Shown here piece after piece: positions 1 to 12,060 of a DNA stretch of 64,000 nucleotides. This stretch comes from Camelus dromedarius. Its lineage: Eukaryota. Where the stretch lies: the NCBI RefSeq assembly GCF_036321535.1, contig NC_087447.1:33854001-33918000 (forward strand), written 5' to 3'. The notes beneath the pieces are model-generated. The model saw nothing but the letters and a program-made list of their open reading frames with translations, was not told where the DNA came from and ran no database searches. The position numbers were made by a program, and so were the translations under genes. Position 1 is the first letter of the stretch. Each line of letters begins with the position of its first letter.

Positions 1-196
1 TATACCCAGCAGAGTCCCCAGCACATGGTAGAAGTTTGATCACATTTTATCAAATAGAGTAAACAAGGAGGAGGAGGGAGGAAACCTAGGAGAAGTTCTT
101 GCGAGCCCTGAGCTCTTCAGGAGTTTTGGGGAAAGTGTGGGTGCAGGGACTGCATTTATTCAACAAATATTTATTCAATACTTATGACCTGCCAGA

Positions 197-421
197 TACT
201 AACTACTATATATAAAGCAGATGAACAACAAGTTTCTACTGCACAGCACAGGGAACTATATTCAATGTCTTATAGTAACCTATAATGAAAAAGAATATGA
301 AAAGGAATATATGTATGTATATGTATGGCTGAAACATTGTGCTGTACACCAGAAATTGACACAACAGTGTAAACTGATTATACTTCAATTTAAAAAAAAA
401 AAAGGAAAGGAAAAAAAAAAA
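197..421 (+). mobile_element. 5'-truncated young LINE-1 3' UTR with poly(A)
   Basis: cagggaactatattcaa...tgctgtacaccagaaattgacac...tacttcaat then A-rich tail 392-421; closely similar copies at 27480-27680, 30690-30840, 62510-62720. Confidence 0.92.
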
Positions 422-445
422 GATTAGCAAGGTTATAGTGTAGAC

Positions 446-590
446 CAGAGACTGGCAAACTTTTTCTGTAAAGGGCCAGGTAGTCAATATTGGTCATGAG
501 GGCCTCTAGTTCTCTGTCATGTGACTCAGAAGAAACTCTAGACAGTATACAGATGGGCGTGGTTGTGATCCAATAAAACTTTATTTATAT
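446..590 (-). mobile_element. MER58A-like hAT-Charlie MITE, truncated, inside transduced segment
   Basis: ctggcaaactttttctgtaaagggccaggtagtcaatatt and ccaataaaactttattta match recalled MER58A; one end is replaced by poly(A). Confidence 0.8.
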
Positions 591-2098
591 GCATTGGAAA
601 AAAAAAAATCTATGACCTGCCAGACACTGTGCTAAATGCTGCAGATAAAGATAAGTAAGACCCAGTTGCCACCTTCAGGAAGTTTATAATCTACTAGATT
701 ATAATGAAGCCAACACAAGTTATAGCAATGGAGGCAAGGAAACAACATGGGGAAAACACAGTGAAAAGTGGAAGGGCATTTGCAGCCAGAGGGAGCTGGT
801 TTGGATGCTGCTTCTGTCATTCACAAGCTGGGTTAACCTGCTAACGAAGTAGTATTAATCTAACCTCTTATTACATCACTTAACTTCCATGAAAAATTCT
901 GAATAATACTCACTTTATTGGGTCATTTTAAGATTATATTTTTTTAAAATGACAACATTTAGCAATCTCTGGCACTTAGCAGGAACTCGGTTATACACTT
1001 AATGAAAAGTAAGGGTAGACTATACAATTATTTTTATGCTATGATAGTAGGTACATTATAATTGTATATGCTTGTCGGCCAACTTTGAGAGACACCACGA
1101 AAAATAATAAAAACTGTGTGGAGGGGGGATTCGAGGTGATTTTTTTTTTCTTTTCTCTTTCTCTTTCTCAAGGTTTTTTATTATGTCACAATGTTCCCTG
1201 GAAAATAAATGAGAGTTATAACTTTTGAGTCCAAGTCATTTTAAGATTGTTCCCAGGAGGATAAGAGAAACCCATTTCAATAATGGGCATATGAACTTGC
1301 TATTTTCCAGAAGAGATCGTTTGTAGAAAATCAAGGCATGACATGTAATAGCCCCCTTTTTTTTTCCCACTAAAAGAAAATTAGAGAAATCTAAAAATCA
1401 GATGTAAAATTTTCCAAGCCTGATTTTGTTCATTACACAAACCCTTCTTTTCTTTCTGTTTGTGCCAAAGATCATTTGCATTTCAAAGGCCTGCAGACCA
1501 AAGAGGACCCTCACAAAGCACTAAGAACTCAGTTTTGCCAGGGCAAGAGAGTGCACCCCCTTTGGCCGTGTCCTCCAGTTCACACCACCTCGAGGACCAG
1601 GAACACGGCAGAAATGTGGGAAGTGGGGGAGTGAGTGGTGGGGCCTGGAACCATCTGGATATCAAATTCCGAACTTTTAAAAACACAATGCCAGCTAAGC
1701 AAAAATCCTCTGGCTGGGCTCTCACTCCTCAGCCTTTGGCCCCTGGATAAATATGCTACAGACCCCAGGGGCCAGCGTGATCTTTCTAAATTGCAGATCA
1801 GATTAGATCACGACCCTGCTTAAAGACTTCCTGCGGCTCCCTGTGCCCCCTCAAATAAAGACAAACTCCTCTGCAGGCAGACAAGGCTCCTGCCTGCTTC
1901 TGCAGCTTCACAAGCTGTCCGTTGCCCTTGCTCACCCGACTCTTACCCCATACATCTCAAATCCAGGCAGACTGACCCTCCTATGGTGCCCCAAGCACAT
2001 GCCCTCTTGGCCTCGCACAGCCTGTTGGACCTCCCCTTCCCATCAACTTCATCAAGCAAGCTCTTACACATTCTTCAAGAAAAATAGGAATGTGCTAT

Positions 2099-2625
2099 TG
2101 TAATAGAAGAGAACAAATCTGACTCCATATTAGATCTGTTCCTTTGACTGTAACCCTGTGCTCTGTTTCCTGGGCTTACTTAGTCTTGCTGGTTCTGTAC
2201 CTTTCGTAAAAGAACGTTGCCTCTAGTCTGAAATATACAGGGCAGCCCATTCTCAAGGCTCTGACCTTTAAGGATATTAACACTTCTCCGTTCATATAAA
2301 GATAACAAGTCTCAGGATAGAAAATAACGTTTGTTTTGTTGGAGGTTTACAGGGACACCATGATCTGACCCACATGGACAGCTGCAAGAACAAAGAATTC
2401 CTATACCAGGAAGTTTGCAACAACCAAGCATACCCCCTCCGTTTTTCAGTATAAAAGGGAGGCCTGAGTTCTGACTTGGGGAAGATGGTTCTCCAGGACA
2501 TTAGTCTGCCATCTTCTCAGTCTGCTGGCTTTCCGAGTAAAGTCACTATTCCTTGCCCCAACACCTCGTCTCCCAATTTATTGGCCTATTGTGCGGTGAG
2601 CAGAGCAAGTTTGGACTTGGTAACA
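2099..2625 (+). mobile_element. Solo LTR, ERV1-like
   Basis: TG...CA termini (tgtaatagaa / ggtaaca), TATAAAA near 2450, agtaaa poly(A)-signal variant near 2536, near-4-bp TSD ctat/ttat. Confidence 0.8.
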
Positions 2626-2634
2626 TTATTAGAC

Positions 2635-3955
2635 CAGTAGTTCTCAAACTTTTTGGCCTCAGGACCTCTGTATACTCTTAAAAACGACTGAGAACTCCAA
2701 AGATTTTTGTTTATGAAAGTTCTATTTCTCGATATTTACAGTATTTTTTTAAACTTGAAAGTTTTAAAAACATTTATTAACTCATTAAAAACAACATAAA
2801 TAACATATTTTGTGAAAAATAACTTTTTTCCAAAGCAAAACATATTTGTTATGTTTTTGCAAATCCCTTTAGTGTCTAGCTTAGTAGAAGACAGCTGACT
2901 TCTCATAGCTGCCTCTACGTTGACTCTGTTTGGATTATGTTGTTTTGGTTAAAGTGTATAAAGCAGATCTGGCCTCACAGGTTGGTAGATGGTGGAAAAA
3001 ATGAGTATTTTAATAACCTTGTCGGATAACTGTGGATTTTTATTCGTTGACATTTGTGCCCAAACTAGACAAACGGTAATTTCTGAAAGGTTAGTTGCAA
3101 TGTGGAATTTGAAACCATTTCAATGGAATTTTCAATACTCTGTTAAATTAAAATCCATTGGTCTACCTGACACTCTGAATGGCTTTTATTCATGCCTGAG
3201 TTTGTAGCACCAGCACTAATCACTTGGAAAGTATTGATTCATGAAGTTAAGCAGTTCTTCCAAATGTTGACACATTTTACTACACAATATTGAAACATCA
3301 TTTTCACTAACATCACTGAAAGTCTTATTGGCATATATCAAATTCACGATGGGGGAATACAGTTTGCTGAAATTGTCAGTTTTGCCTGAAATCTCAAATT
3401 TTACCATGAGCAACAAATACCATCAATTGTTTCCCTTAAAGTGACAGGCCCACCTCATTCATTAGCAAGAAAATGTCAGAGTCTGATAGACATTCAAGTT
3501 TAAGTAAGCATAGTTTGTCAGTTGCTCTTTCAAGTAAAAATGCTGTTTCACAAAAAAGCAGCTAGTTCAGCTGTCAGCTGGAACAACCCCACGATGCTTT
3601 GCCTTGAGATAATTGTCATGCTTGTGTATGAAGAAGGGCTTTACACATTACGTTCCAGGTCATCACACAGAATGGGGAAAAGACATGTATTCAAGGGTCA
3701 AGATTTAATAATACCAATAATTTTAACTGTTTCATCAAGAATCTCCTTAAAAGAACCTGGAATTTTTTTTATTTTCCTTCACGTGTGCAGTGGTGAAGAA
3801 AGACTGTATTAGCAGCGTCGGGCCTCAATTCATGCTAAACCTCCAGTTTTATCATCATTGTTTTTGCACCATCAGTGCAAATGTCAACAAGTGAAAAAAA
3901 AAACCAAATAATATCTTACTATAAAGTGAAAATAGACCCTCTTTGAGAACTTCTA
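2635..3955. mobile_element. Charlie1a-like hAT DNA transposon fossil with transposase remnant on minus strand
   Basis: TIR-like ends cagtagttctcaaa / tttgagaacttcta; ORF 3216-3416(-) contains MCQHLEELLNFMNQYFPSD, resembling Charlie transposase. Confidence 0.8.
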
Positions 3956-3992
3956 CACTGGAATGTAGGTAACATGAGGGCAAGGCCTGTAT

Positions 3993-4482
3993 CCAGGGGA
4001 GGGCTGGAGCTAGCTCGTACTGGTTTACAAGAGCTGATGGTTAACTGTTCAGGAATTTTTGCAAGGGGGTTGATACCACTTTGGCTGTGTGATATCAGCC
4101 AGGGTAGAAATGTTGGCTCCACAGAAATCATCAGACATTATGAATCAGGGTCTTTTCCTCAAACTGAAGTATAGTTGATTTACAATGTGTTAATTTCTGG
4201 TGTACAGCATAGTGATGCAGTTATGTATATATCCCTTTTCATATTCTTTTTTATTATAGGCTATTACAAGGTATTGAATATAGTTCCCTGTGCTGTACAG
4301 TAGGACCTTGTTGTTTATCTCTTTTATATATAGTAGTGAGTATCTACAAATCCCAAACCCCCAATTTATCCCTCCCCATCCCCTCTCCACCCTGGCAACC
4401 GTAAGTTTGTTTTCTATGTCCAGGGTCTTTTTTTTTCCTTCCTCTGGAGAACTGATTGTTAACTGTCTACCAATACACCACT
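3993..4482. mobile_element. MER63-like hAT element split by an L1 insertion
   Basis: ctggagctagctcgtactgg...gagctgatggttaa at left end and gaactgattgttaa...caccact at right end. Confidence 0.65.
4157..4420 (-). mobile_element. 5'-truncated LINE-1 3' UTR
   Basis: Reverse complement of L1 3' end; 11-bp TSD cagggtctttt at 4146-4156 and 4421-4431. Confidence 0.9.
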
Positions 4483-4899
4483 CTCTGTCCCTCCTTCTTT
4501 GTGAATCAGTGTCTTGCACTGAGCCTGCCACAGATAGGTATTTAATGAAATCTGTTAAGTAAATACGAGTAAATGAGTCAGCCAACCTATTGATGCCACC
4601 TCCTCCAGGTGGTTTTCCCAGCTTCCCCAGGCAGAGTCCGTCTCTCCTTTGTGTTCTCACTATTTAACACTCTTACAATGGTTGTATTGAATTGCAAATA
4701 TTTTACAGGTTAGTTTTCCCCACCAGACTGAGAGCATCTTAAGAGACTATTTCTTGTGGAATAGCAAGGCAGCAAAAGAGTTTAGCGCAGGGACAGAGAT
4801 AAGTGAAGAGTGTTCTGGGTACAAGAGTCGGGAATTCTACAGTGAGGTACTGAGACTTTTTTACATTATACCAGAGCCTGGAGGAAATCTCTCTCAAGA

Positions 4900-5070
4900 T
4901 ACTTGCAGGGTAGTGGAAGATTACCTCTTTGAGTCTTAGTCTCTCCATTTGTAACATGGGAATCGTACTAGCACCTGGCTTTGAAGGTTCCTGTGTGTGT
5001 GACACATCACAGAGTGTTTGCGAAGACTGGTGCAGAATGAATACTCTGTGGATATTAGCCATTGTTCTTA
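4900..5070 (+). mobile_element. MIR SINE
   Basis: ttacctctttgagtcttagtctctccatttgtaacatggg core motif. Confidence 0.65.
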
Positions 5071-5316
5071 TTGTGGTTTGTTTGAATTATTCTATGCTTC
5101 CTTCCTAACTTCTCATTGCTGTTTTGCTTTTGCAGGTACTTAACAACTAGAAAGAGGTTAACCTGTCCTGATTACCGATATCCTAGTCACTGGAAAATGC
5201 TTCCCCTTTTTGGTAGAGGTTTATAAAGTGGTTTTTGTTGTTGTTGTTGCTGTTTATGTTTGTTTGTTGTGACTTAGCTCTCTAATGCTTAATTGTCTCT
5301 GCATTAACTGGTTATT

Positions 5317-5636
5317 CAGTTCCATAACTCCTTTCCTGAAACGTTTGGGCCAGGTATGCTTCAGCATTCAGATTTTTTTTTTAATTTGAGAATGATAATG
5401 TCTAACATATACTGCACATTCCATAAAACCCTCAGCAGCACCTCATAATCAGACGTATTAATATTTTGGCAATAAATACATAGATACTGACATTTGATGG
5501 GATATAAAGATTGTAAGGAGCCTCACATCAGTTCATGCCAGGCTTTGCTGCCAAATGAGTTATATATATTTTAAAAATCCTTTGACTTTCTGAGCTTTAG
5601 GGATTTCAGAACTGCAGAGAAGGAGGGTGGACCGTA
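5317..5636. mobile_element. MER46C-like TcMar-Tigger MITE
   Basis: Degenerate inverted ends cagttccataactcctttcct / aggagggtggaccg; internal gctttgctgccaaatgagtta. Confidence 0.65.
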
Positions 5637-6149
5637 TTAGGCTTTGGGCTGGCAGAGCTGGGAATCTGGCCCTGTCTAGTGGTGACTTCTCCAAGGAAAC
5701 TGCCCAGGTGAAGCCAGTCGGCCTCTGACACCTGTCCTTAGCTGCACAGTCTGCAGAGAGGCTGCACAGGGTCCATCCCTCTGTAGATGAGAAACCAAGT
5801 AATGGCCTCAGGTCACAAGAGAAAAAAAATGGTGGGCTAGGAGCAACTCCCAGAGAGCGTTTGCCTGATGACGTCTGGAAAGGCAGTAGTAAGCGGTGAA
5901 TCAGGCTGAGTAAAATTCCCTCTCTCTGCTTCCCACCCGTTTCTCAGGCCCTTCCCCTGTGCAGAAGCAAGAAAAGCCTGGAGCAGAGAGAGGCCACTCT
6001 CGTGTTGCCATGTATGCTGAAACACCCGATGGCCGGATTTATTAACTTCACATCTTTAGTGAGAATTCACGTCAGACCTACCACAGGCCTAAAGATGGGT
6101 CCTGCTCGGCCCCCAGCGTGAGGACAAACGGTTAGGCTCAGAGTGCAAG

Positions 6150-7110
6150 CCAGCATGAATAGGCCTGAATTAGGCCAGGCCTAATAACCCGTTTACTGAC
6201 ACCTGTATTAGTCCTCCAGCACTAGGGGCGAACCGCTGTCGGACAAGCCGTAATCCCATAAGCTTGTCATTTGCATAGCCCTCATTAGCTGATGAAAACT
6301 TGAAGAAGGCAGGTTTCTGCAGCTGGTGAGCCCATTCCTTCACACGGCCTGCCTGGGTGGTTTTGGTAATGAAGTCATGTGGGTGGATGTGAGGTTTATA
6401 TGTATGGAAGGGATTAAGAGCATTAGAATTTGTGTGAGCTGATGTTGCCATATTCTCTATATGGGAGCCCTGTAATTGGATGGGAGGAGAAATGGCAGAC
6501 CCATTAGTTTTGTCTGTTTACTCAGGAGCAGGGTGCTAGAGATTCAATTTTGCTTTCTTTGGCTCCTTTGCCTTTGTGAGGCGGGCCTGCTTTGTCTCCT
6601 CAGGCCCTGAGCACCTCCAAACACCAGCCCTGCTAAGGCGATTCAGCCACAAAGGAGCGACGTTGGGGACTAGGGGCCCAGGGAAGAGAAAATGCAGCTC
6701 CCACTCAAGAACTACTTGAAGGCAGCCCCGTCCCGCCTAGTCCAATCCTGGGATAGAGAGCAAGAGATAATTGAAATTTATCAACACTTCTGGGACTTTT
6801 TTTTTTTTTGATTATTTTATTAGTTCCTCACATTTGGGATTAACAATCCTCAGCATCAAACGCACCGCAGGCTTCTTGTTTGGGAAATGAATGGTTAGAC
6901 ATCTCGGAGACTTAACAAAGCAATTGTTGTACTGGAGGGTTTGCATAATTTTAATGGACAAAAAATAACACGAAGGAAAAAAATCCATTTCCTGTGCTGT
7001 TTGTACAGCTGGAGACAGAGCTCCTTGTGCTTGGTGATGTAAGAGATGCGCCATTGTCTGCCCCTCACCCCGACAATGCGGTCCCACTAATGTCATTAAC
7101 AAAACCGGAC
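6150..7110. promoter_or_regulatory. Candidate developmental enhancer block
   Basis: Repeat-poor; octamer ATTTGCAT 6269-6276, TAATCC/GGATTA at 6251, 6411 and 6837, SOX-like AACAAT 6842, AACAAAG 6914, ATTGTT 6923. Confidence 0.35.
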
Positions 7111-8529
7111 CGGGCAATTCTGAAAACTTGGAAGCTGGAACATTGTCTCCAAAATGTATGAGGCGCCACGGACAGAACGATGTTTATTCATCAGCAGTGC
7201 TGGGCTTTGCAAAGTCCGGAGATGAGGACTCCCACCAGCAAAGAGTGAAGAATGGGAGGTGTCTGAGCACGAGGCCAGAGCCTGAAGCCAGAGAAGATAG
7301 CGGGGGGGAGTAGGGGTGGGGGAATTTTATTTTTCTTCCTTAAAAATATTGAAGAGGCACAGGAGAGTATTTCAACTCAGATCCTGTGAAGGTTTATTTT
7401 ATATTTTTAGTTTTCTTTATTCAAAGCCACAGTGTCTACTGGCCTCCCAAAATTCTGACGGAATGCTTACTGTGCAAATAGTTTTATCACTTGCTGAAAT
7501 ATTCCATTTCTATTGAATTTATATTTTCAAATGTCTTTAATGAAGCAAAAAAAAAAAAAATCCAACAAATGCAAGTCTGAGTGTCTGAGTTAGGTCATTT
7601 GCAGGGGGTTTAGTGAAATCATTTAGCAAGATCAAAGGATTCAAATGAGACCTCTTTAGGCAACAGAAGAGAAACTGCAGTACCAGTTATTATAAAAGGT
7701 TTCCCACAGTAAAATCAAGTCTTCAGACACAAAACACCAAGCAAACAAGCCAGGAAAACAAGCAAATAAAAACACCACATAATAATCATTCAACAGGCAC
7801 ATCTATGTGTGTTTTACCAAGCAATAAAACCAAATTTTGCCATTCCTGCCTCCCTCTGCCTTTATGATTTTGATTATTTTTTCCATCCCTGTTAAAGCAG
7901 TTGGAGCCCCCATGCCTGCTGCTCAGATCAGCTAACTTTTTTGAGTCCCTATTCTTTGCTGTGTTTAAGTGAGCATTAGGAAGAGGCTCACCAAACAAAG
8001 CCTGCAAGATTTCAACCGCTACCCAGCACTGCCAAGTGGGCATTATAGGAACTCAGGTTAGAAAGATAGGAAAAGAGAAGAGGAGAAAGTTTTATCCTGG
8101 TTCCCATAATGATTCTTGAAGACAGAGATTCATCAACTTTCAAGAGTAGGATGCACCTTAAGGGCCCTCAAATCCAGTCATGCAACCAACACTCTAAAGC
8201 CCCTAGAGCAAAAATTCAGTCTACCTCCTTATCTGTTCCAAGCATTGGGGACCTATTATGTTCTTCAAGTTTTGTAATTCTGATCTACAAGTTGATCTTC
8301 TAGCCACTAGGCTTTCCTCTTAAGCTTATCTTTGCACAATACATTCTTCACGGGGACGGAATTTAACATTTTCTGAGCACCTACTTACACCATACAGCAG
8401 GCGTCCGACACGGACTCTCCTGTGAAGTGGGAATAATTATTCTCACTTATAGATAATGAGACTGAGGTTCTGGGAGGCTAAGCAGTGTGCCCAAGGACAC
8501 ACAGCCTCTGAGCAGATCAGCCTAATTAC

Positions 8530-8940
8530 TGCTCCAAACTAGTGGTTTAAAACAGCAGCCATCTCACTATTTCTCACGACTCTGTGGTTTGGCCGCGAGG
8601 TTATGCTGGCCTGGGCTGGTGTGGCTGGGGCCGGATGGTCCAAGGCGGTCTCACTCACAGGTCTGGGCCTCAGCTGGGGTGGCTGGACAGCGGGCCCTCC
8701 CTCCACGTCACCCCGAAGGGGGCTCACCCAGACTTGGCCGCAGGGTGGCAGCCTTTGAAGAGAGCGAGGTCTGAAGCGGAAGACCCGCTGGGGTCTAGGC
8801 TCAGAACTGATGGCTTCGTCCCTGCATTCTGTTGACCAGGGCAAGTCCCAAGGCCAGCCCAGGCTTAATGGATGGGAAGACAGACTCTGCCTCTTGACGG
8901 GAGGAGCTGTAGAGACTGTGGGGCCGTTTGCCATTGAACA
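8530..8940 (-). mobile_element. MLT1-family (ERVL-MaLR) LTR
   Basis: ccaaactagtggtttaaaacagc...caaggccagcccagg...cagactctgcctcttgacgggaggagctg typical of reverse MLT1. Confidence 0.8.
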
Positions 8941-8959
8941 TGTGGTCTGTGGTTTATGC

Positions 8960-9200
8960 TCTTTACTCTGAAGCCAGACAGCCTATGTTCAAATCTTGGC
9001 TCTGCTGGGTGTTCGCTGTGATGCCTTGGGAAAGTTAGCTAACCGCTTCCTGCCTACTTCCTCATCTGTAAAACAAGGATAATAACAGGGCCCTCTTAGA
9101 AGGGTATTTATGAAGAGTGGGTGGGTATATAGAAAGCACTTGGAATACTGCCTGGTACAGACTCTACACAGTATAAGTGTCAGTGACTTTTATTATCATT
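8960..9200 (+). mobile_element. MIR SINE
   Basis: gttcaaatcttggctctgc...ccttgggaaagtta...ttcctcatctgtaaaacaaggataataa. Confidence 0.85.
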
Positions 9201-10632
9201 GTTGTTTTGTTAATCACCCATATGTTGTACTGCCTGTCTCAGTATGTACTCATGTCTAGCATGCGCTAAGGCCTAGGGATGTTATAAAAAGGAATTGGTG
9301 GAAAAGATCTAATATATATTTACCACCTTTTATATAGGCTCCATGCTGGGTACTTTGCAGAGAGTGTTTCATGTAATTCTTCTGAGAATCCAGGAGAGTC
9401 AGTGTCATTCTCCCTGGTTACAGGTAGCTAAAGTGAAGAAGACATGGTCCCTTTTCTCAAAAAGTTCACCTCTATTGTGGAAGACATTACCCCCCAAAAT
9501 GCACTTATCTGGTTATTTCACAAAACACTCATGTACTTTACTAACTCGATAGCATTTTCGGCATCCCTATTAAGCAGCTGAAGACACTGATATGCAGAGA
9601 AGTTAAGCATCAGCAGTCCACAGCTAGGATGGAGAAGAGCCTGGACCAGGGCTGATGTCTCTGGCCACTCTGGAGGCTTCTCCAGATGCGCTGATGCCTC
9701 ATTTATTTACATCAGCAAGTGTCATGTGAGGAAAAAATTTTCTAAGAAAACTTGACCAGAAATTGCTAAGAAAGATGTGACTAGATGAGGGCAGAACAGC
9801 CAAATGAGACATAAGATGGCCGCCCTGGTGCATTCCACACCCTGTCAGAACACTTACAGTCGTTGGCTGAAATCATTTTCGGATTCAGTGTTCCTATTAA
9901 GCAGATAAGGCAACACAAACGTGCCACAGCCTTCTCAGGACTAGGGTTGTAGAGCTGAGGTCCTGAAAGGAAATAGTTTCATAGCTGGCTCAGTTTGTGA
10001 TCAGCTCACAGATACAAAGCATTCATCAAAGTCTAGGATGGTCACTATCGGAACAACTTTGGAAAACTCAGGATCTGCCACTTAATTTAGGAAGGCCACA
10101 GCTCCCAGTCAAGACTAGACTGGCACACAGGGCTCCTTTTGCACATTGGAGGGGTCAACAGAAACCTTCAGAAAAAGCAGGGAGGGGTTGCAGTCCAATG
10201 GAGCTGGATGTTGTTCCTAGTGGCACTGCCACACACTGGGCAAGTCCCTCACTCTGAGGGTCTTGGATTCCTTGTCAGTAACAAGAGCAACTTTATTAGT
10301 AAGTGACTCTGGATGATGTTGGGTCCTGCGCATAAAGCGCTGAGCACAGTTCCTGGCATGGGGTCAATTCTTATTGGTGAAGGATGAATTGATGGATAGT
10401 ATTGGAGTGAGGAACCCAAGCATACCCAAATCCTGCCCTGCAGTCATCCCTTGCCTTTCAGGGAGACAAACACATGAGCAACAAGAGCTTAATGGAAATC
10501 AAAGTTCATTTTGGCATTAGCTGCTTGCACGCCCTTGTCCTGAGTTCTGGAAAAGCCAGGTGAAGCACATGGTTTGAGTTCAAGGACTAGGCAGAGCCTT
10601 CACACTCTCCTCCCAAACTGAAATCTCAGAAT

Positions 10633-10651
10633 CGTCCCCCTCTGGTGGATT
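10633..10651 (-). promoter_or_regulatory. Candidate CTCF motif
   Basis: Minus strand reads atCCACCAGAGGGGGAcg, close to CCASYAGRKGGCR. Confidence 0.4.
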
Positions 10652-11679
10652 CATGGGGGAAAGAGGTCAAAGGAAAGAGGAAGAAAAGGTTGGCTAGGTG
10701 TGGAAAGAGAGAAAGAAAAAGGGGGAGAGAGAGAAGAGGTTCCCCTTGCTGTGCCAGGTCCTACCTGGATCCACTCAGCACACAGAGGTAGGAGGAAAAA
10801 AGGAGGTGCTTTTCAACACAGTGATGCTGTTTTTTGATAACCATGCCCCATTCAATGTTTTAGATTCTTGTTATTCATATCAGGAACTCTTCTCCCCTTG
10901 ACAGGGGCCATAGAAGGTGCGTGGAGGTAAGGCTGGCATTGGGAGACAAGGCTGAAGACTCACCTACCCTACGGCACTCAATATACCATAACTATCATTA
11001 TTGTCACTGTCATCGTGCTGTCATTACCTTTCTGTGCCCATATCCCCACTATTAGTAAAAAGCAAATTGACTAGTGAGGACTCAGATTTCTTTCAGCTCT
11101 GAATTAATGATAGGAATCCTTCAAAAAACTACTGATGAATAAAAAAACTTACAAATCAAAATTCACTCTTTTCTAACGATACATGGAGAGAGAGAGTGGC
11201 ATAAAAATAAAGCCCGAAGGGAGAGTCACGCTTGGGCATGTATTTGACCCCTCTGAGTCTTAGTTCCCTCCTTTGTCAATAAGAACTAATGATAACTATT
11301 TCCCAAATTTGGGAGAATTCATGAGCTATTGTAAAATAAAGCCTTGCATGTGATCAAGATTCAAGAAATGGTGGTTTATTACTGAGAATAGGGTGTAAGG
11401 GACTTTATTTTTTCATCAGTTCTGATCTGCAGTATGCCATTCAATGTACTGCTACGTTTTCAGCTTTAACATTATCACTCCTTCTCCATACCTCCCACCA
11501 GCACTCCATATCCCCACGGGCCATGTCTAGGAGGAGATTGTAAGAGAAGTATTATCAGATGCAAATTCCGAAAGAACTAGAAATGAATCTAGGCTCTGTA
11601 GTTTTACAGTTTTGTGACCTGGGACAGATAATTTACTTCCCTGAATTGCTTCCTTGCCTAGGTAATAATTCTGGGGCAA

Positions 11680-12060
11680 AACGTCTAGTCATTGACTCCA
11701 GTATCCATTCCCTTCCTCATTACCTGGGCACATTGCTGCCTATGTAGAAGACTACATTTCCCAGCTTCCTTTGCAGCTAGTCATGGTCACATGACTAAAT
11801 TTTGGCCAGTGAGATATAATTAGGAGTATTACATGGCATTTCATTATTCTTTCTTATTTTTTGGAACAAAGGCATACTGGCTAGAATTCAAAAGTCTTTG
11901 TGGCCTCTGGGGATCCTTAAACAGAGAACTGAGATAGTGGGATTCCTCTACCAGCTCTGTACTGATAACCTCTGAACATCTCTTAGGAATGATTAAAAAA
12001 AACCAACCTTGTTTAAATTAATTTTATTCTGAGTTTTCTGTCACCTGCAGCCAAGCCTAT
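11680..12060 (+). mobile_element. LTR16-like ERVL LTR
   Basis: gactacatttcccagcttcctttgcagctag...cacatgactaaattttggccagtgaga. Confidence 0.7.

Larger units (their letters stand above)
152..780 (-). mobile_element. LINE-2 3' fragment, interrupted by the L1/transduction insertion
   Basis: catttattcaacaaatatttattcaat...gccagacactgtgctaaatgct resembles the reverse complement of the L2 3' terminus; split at the duplicated 14-mer. Confidence 0.7.

Noticed and set aside
5120..5140. Strong-looking acceptors followed immediately by GT (also ~15796 and ~36589), possible recursive splice sites
   Set aside because: The reconstituted donors (gtactt, gtatca, gtgaag) are weak and no host transcript is established.
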